A DNA stretch of 9,468 nt, from contig DAOVER010000080.1 of assembly GCA_030668875.1 (NCBI GenBank), positions 1-9,468 of the forward strand, given 5' to 3'. Under the pieces are notes generated by a model, which was not told the origin of the DNA, searched no databases, and was given only the letters and a program-made list of their open reading frames with translations. This document shows positions 1 to 6,000 of this stretch, in pieces. Both the position numbers and the translations under genes were made by a program. Each line of letters starts with the position of its first letter. The first letter of the stretch is position 1. Origin of the DNA: Candidatus Heimdallarchaeota archaeon (lineage in GTDB: Archaea > Asgardarchaeota > Heimdallarchaeia > Heimdallarchaeales > Heimdallarchaeaceae).

Positions 1-3000
1 GGTTATTTCCTTGCATTAAACGCTACCTCAGGAAGTGGGGTATTGTCAGTATATCGCTATGATGATGGTATCGCTACATTTCTTGAAGATTATTCTGGAC
101 TCGTTGATTTATCAAAAGATTTCAATTTTGGTATTTCTGTCACCGCATATTCTAGTTATATTCTTATGGAACTTATTTTGGCAGATCAAGTATTAGGCAG
201 TATTCTCGACTATACTACCACCTATTCAATTGGAGGTTATACAGGAACTGCATATTATAGGAATATAGATGGGTTGTACGGTGTAATTAATTCATATGGT
301 GTATATCACAAATACTATTATCCTACCTCTGACCATTTGCAGTTTGATACTTCAAGTAAAGATAATGCTTTTGTTGCTGGGAAGTTACACGTTGATTCAG
401 GTTCACTACAAACCGACATTCTTGACTTCACAGAACAACAAACTCTAACCCTTGTTTTTACTTTTGAACAATGGAACCCACATATTTTCATTGGACTTTC
501 AACTGCAGCTTATAACTATGGTTTCAGGTTCTATATGGGAAATGTTTACAAGAGAACTAATTCAGTTGATGAACTTCTGGAAGATGATTGGTGTAAAAAA
601 AATATCGGTCGTACGATGTATATTACTATCGTTTACGGTTTATCTGATGGTAGTTTCAATATGCAATTATTCACTGATAAATCTTTCAGACCAGTTGAAG
701 GTGACCCCCTCTATATTTCTTTTAATCCTTCCTTCACTGAACCTATTTTCGAAGTATCCAACCTATCTACATATCGTGCTGATTTAATTGTTGAAGCTGT
801 CGAACTCGGAGGAGTATATCCTATCGATGTTGAATTTGATGATGGTTCTTCAACTCACACCTTACGCGGTTCTGGAGAGATAGCTGAATACTATCTACAA
901 GCAACTTCTCAAGGTAGTTTGAAACTTAATTCTCTCATTGAATCTATCTTCATGAAAAGACAGTTCTATGTTCTAGATGGACAAAACACTACCATAGCTT
1001 TGAGTTACTTATCTCCTGGTTATCATGCGGAATCTTATTCAATTTTAATCTACAATCAAGAAGGTGTTTATCTAAACATTTCATTTTCAAGTGGTAGTAA
1101 TAATTGCGAAGAAATCACAGTTTACTATAATAATACTGTTGTAATGGAAGAGTTATTTTCTTACTCTGTTCCCTATTATCAATGGATTGATCTCTCTCTT
1201 ACAATTTCTCCATTATTACAAGTTTCCTTTCAAGTATCTCACCGAGGAGGAAGCTTTAGTGATTCCAGCTCTTTATCATATTATTTAGATGTCGATTCCT
1301 ACTATAATATCAAGATAATTAAACCTCAAAGTTCAGCTGATTACTCTCTTTATTTTTCGTATATTTCAGTCTATAATGGAGCAGGATTTTCTAGTAGTTT
1401 TACTTCAGGAGATTTATCAGAATGGATTTTCAGCGATAAACAATATTTCGAATATTCTCATGATATTAGCACATCTCCTGATCTATTATCACTATATGCT
1501 GAACCCTTAGGTGGATGGGCAGATTTTACTGTTTCAGTAGATGATGGTGCCTATGTACGAACCACCCGACTTCAAGTAGAAGATTTTGAGACTTTCAAAC
1601 CTTATCTAATTTTCCTTCCAAATAGAGTTGATACTACTGAAATTCATAAGTATACAATAATAGTAAATGGCATCCTTACAATATACAGTCTCTCTTTCCA
1701 AGAATCACTGTTAATTAGTGATTGGCTTGTTGCTAAACCATTGGATATTAATAATGAAGAGATACTAAATGATTTTACTCAAATAGGTTATTTGTTAGAG
1801 GATTTTGAAACTGATACTTTTTCTAATATCGATGTAGTTTCAGATCCTACTTCAACACTAGGAAATGTTGGAAAAATCATTGGTGAAGAAACACTTTCCT
1901 TAGGTTCATATATTGGCGGTCTATGTCAGAATGATTTAGATTTATCTTTGTATTATTATTGGAATGGTTTAGGAACACATTATCCATTTGAATTGGAATA
2001 TATCGTTACAAATGAATATCTTGTTCCCTCTGATCAAGTTGAAGAAAGAACAATCCGTGCAATTATTACTCCAGTTATCGCAGATGAACCTAATCAACCT
2101 TTATTTGATGCATGCTATACTGATGGTTCTAATTCTTCCATTAGTTATGTGCACTTCAAATTCTCCTACGTTCCAAACACTTGGCAGTTTGTTTATCTCA
2201 ACCTTGCTTCAATTACTGCTTATTCTGAACAAGAAACTACTAATCCTGAAGAAATCTCTGGACAATGGCAGCTACGGTGGTTTGAAGACATTATTTTCAA
2301 CAACCCTCAGAATGGAGCAGAGGTTTACATTGATGATATTCAAGCCTTCAATATTTATAATGAAGAAAGAGAAGTCTCACCTTTTGCTAGAGCCTATTTA
2401 CGAACTTCAAGTCTTAATTATGGAACTGAAGGAATATGGGTTCCCGAATATGTGAATTCATTAGGTTTTCTAGACTTTTCTCTTATTTCAAATAATGAAA
2501 CTACTCTAGCTACTGAACAAGCTGCTTTTATTGTTGAATGTGATAAAGAAGCTGATGTTGTGGTACATGTTACATCTACTCATCCGTTCATATTATATCA
2601 AGGACAAGTAATTATGGAACATGGTACCTGGATTTCTCCAAATGATCCTGTTGATTACTATTTCACTCTTCATGTTTTTGAAGGAGTAAATCGTTTCCTC
2701 ATCCGAACTTTCCATAAACAGAATGGTCTATTTCCTTGGCAAATCAAAGTTGATTTTCTTACCCAAACCAGTGTTAGAATGATTTCCTCCACTTATGAAG
2801 CTAGAGATGAATCCAAAGTTTTTGATAATTCTTATGAATATTCTATTGCTGATTGGTTAGTTTCCGATAGACCAGTTTCTTTTGGTGATTTAGATTATGT
2901 CAGTTATGATAAAGACCCATTTGTTGAACTTGATGAGAATACTGGTCATTATTTCGCTACTCGTTCCTTACCTTATCCTGATGAACAGTTCAATTACACA

Positions 3001-6000
3001 ATCCACCTTGATCAATATGATAAAGATATAACTGAATGGGTTGGTTTTGATGAATTTTACAATGAAACTGGGTATATGTCCTATATCGATTCCAATATGA
3101 ATACTACTTCTATTGAATTTACTGACCAAATTATTTATTATACTAATTTACACTTTTTGGAGAGCTCTCCTAATGATAATACTCTAAAAATACTTCTTAA
3201 TTACGACCCAACCTCTTTGGTTGAAGCCATGTATTTTGATGGTCAATACATTTATGGTAGATTAGGAGAAATTGGTTATCTTAACTCTACTTCTGATTTT
3301 GTTAACTATATTTCAGTAACTGAATTCAATGGTGCTTATATTCTAGAAATACCTTTATCTGATGCTTGGGAAACCTTTGGCTATGACTTTGAATGGCAAA
3401 ATTGGATACATTCACGTTTTGATGTAGAACCTGAAGCGGGTAAAATAGATATTAGCGGTCGTAATAATCCTTCCAGTGCTGGTGTTCATAGATTTTCTTT
3501 AGTCTTACGATGTCCTGATAATCTTGATTATATCTCATCTGATATCTTTGACATCCAAGCTAATCTTACAAAATATGATGATTCCATAAACACGTTCAAC
3601 CAAATAACTGAATATATTTCAACAAAGCAATCATTATCAGAGCTTTCTCCGCTACTCCAAACTGATGGTGATTATCGTTCATTACCAAGTTCGGGATTGC
3701 AATCTGGTAAGCAATCTTATGCTGGTAAAAAAGTTCTTGAGAGTGAGGTTTCTTGGGATGGTTTCAGATATCATACCATGCGTTTTGTCCTAATTGGAGT
3801 AGATCAGTACGGTAAATATGAAAATATGAATGGAGATGAAACTATTGACGAAAAAGATGCTACAGGTTTAGCTACTTATATGATTGTCAATGATGCTGGT
3901 ACAAAGCACGAACATACTAGTATTGTTCAACACATGATTGGTCCAGAAGGACAAAGTGGAGACTTGCAACCAACCTTGTTATGTCCTAGGTATACTATGA
4001 CAGCTTTTGCAACAGATAGCCTTCTATTCTCTACGTCACATCTTAAATTGTCTCAGACTTCAGCATCAAATTCAAGCATTTCACCCTTGTCTCTTGAACT
4101 TCTTCTTTCGGAAGGCAAACTCACTTCATTCAATATTGGTTCAATTTCCTTAAAGGATGATACTTACAAACAATCATTGAGTACTTTCCTAGCTTCCGCT
4201 GAATCTGATATTTATATTAGCTTTAGTCTTTCAAATGAAATCAGATTTACTTCTGGAAATGAAACTATTTCTTTAGATATTGAATACATCTCTCTTGTTG
4301 TCGGTGAATATAGAGTTGATTTTAGTAAATATCTTCAGAAACTTTCCATTAGTTATAGTGATAACAGAAATCTAGAAGTTATTGAAATCCATTTACTTTC
4401 CAGAGTTATTACTCATACTGATCCTATCGCTTTACACAAAAGCTATCATAAAATTGGACAAGTAAATGGTTTTGCTATTTATGATTATAATAAGATTTTA
4501 GCGATTTCTGAAGGAAAACTTTCTCCTCCTCAACAAGTTTCTCTTGGTCTTTTTGATACTCTAGCTACATATTTGACCAAAATTAAAGGTGGTTTTCTAA
4601 CCGTCATTGATGGTGTTAATAATGTTCTTGATAGTTTTACTGTTCGTTATCCTGGATTAAATAGTCGAATTAACTCTTGGTTTGAGAACTTACAAGATTC
4701 TGTTCAAAACACTCTCTCTTACATCGGTAATGTTGTTACTCAAACTGTTGAACGCATTCTTACCATTTTTAACGATGTTGTTAACATCATCACTAATTCT
4801 CTTATTGATACTATGCAAGGTATTATTGATTGGTGCATCCAACTTTTCAAAGATGCTATTATAGCTTATCAAATCCTCACTAACGCAGTGAAGAACTTCT
4901 TAGCAAAAGCTACAGCTTGGATATCTGAAGCATGGGACAAAGTTTCTGAATTCTTCAAAATGATAGGACAGGCAATAACTGATTTCTTCAAGATGTTAGG
5001 TCAAATTGCTCTTAAGATTATCAAAGGTGTTGCTTCATTCTATGCTGATCTTATGAGGGTTGGTATTCTCTTTATCTTCTCTATTCTATTTGGTACTAAT
5101 GTTGGTCTCCATGATACTCAAGATTTGATGTATGTTGATGGAACTTACGTTTTCGATAATCAAACTGTAACCAATTATCCTCAAGTTTACAAATTAGATC
5201 ATGTTATTGATGTACTTGCTGGTAGAACTGATTTAGAAGGAGAACTTACTGAAGAGGAGCTTGCTGAAATAGCAGAAAATTCTCTTAATCAAGGTCAAGG
5301 AGACAATGCAAATCCAGATCAAGCTGAGAGAATGCTTGCTGAGATGGGGTGTGAGACACAAGGTTTGACTGAAAAAGAAAAAGATTTCTTTGACGTCTTT
5401 AAATGGGTTTGTGCAGTAGAAGATGGAGGTCAATGGGATTATTATTTTGGATTAAGGAAACATCTCAGACTCTATGGACTTAATCTCTTCAGTGAAAATA
5501 CATTCATTCTAATCTGTGAAATTGTAATTGGTTTTCTACCTCTTGGTGGTTTAATTCAAGATGTTAAAGATGTATGTTTAGAACCAATGAAATTTTTCAG
5601 AATATTTGCAGGAGTAATGATTCCTCTTGATATAACAGAGCTTTTTGGGAATGTTTTATCACAAGTTTTTGGAGGATTAAAAGATTCTTGTGCAGGAAAA
5701 GGTATTGGAAAAGCATTAGGTGGCATAAAAGAATTTATCAAAACTATATTTGGTAAGGTTGCAAAGAAATTAAAGGAACCTCTGAAAAGAATACTGAAGG
5801 TTGCAAAAAATGCTTCTCTATTCTTCGTTGCACTACTATGTATGGTTACAATAATATTAATTCCAATGAGTGCTCTTGTATTTGTAGGGTTAGCAGCAGC
5901 CTTCCTGGTAATAATTGGATTTATAATATTCATTGTTGCTGCTTTTAAATTTCTAATGAAACGAATAATGAAACCATTATTTGAGCAGATGTTTAGAGGA

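Noticed and set aside
452-4864. Short + strand ORFs 452-787, 1988-2455 and 4682-4864
   Set aside because: Out-of-frame shadows fully inside the giant CDS, with the L/I/M-rich composition typical of off-frame translation of AT-rich DNA.
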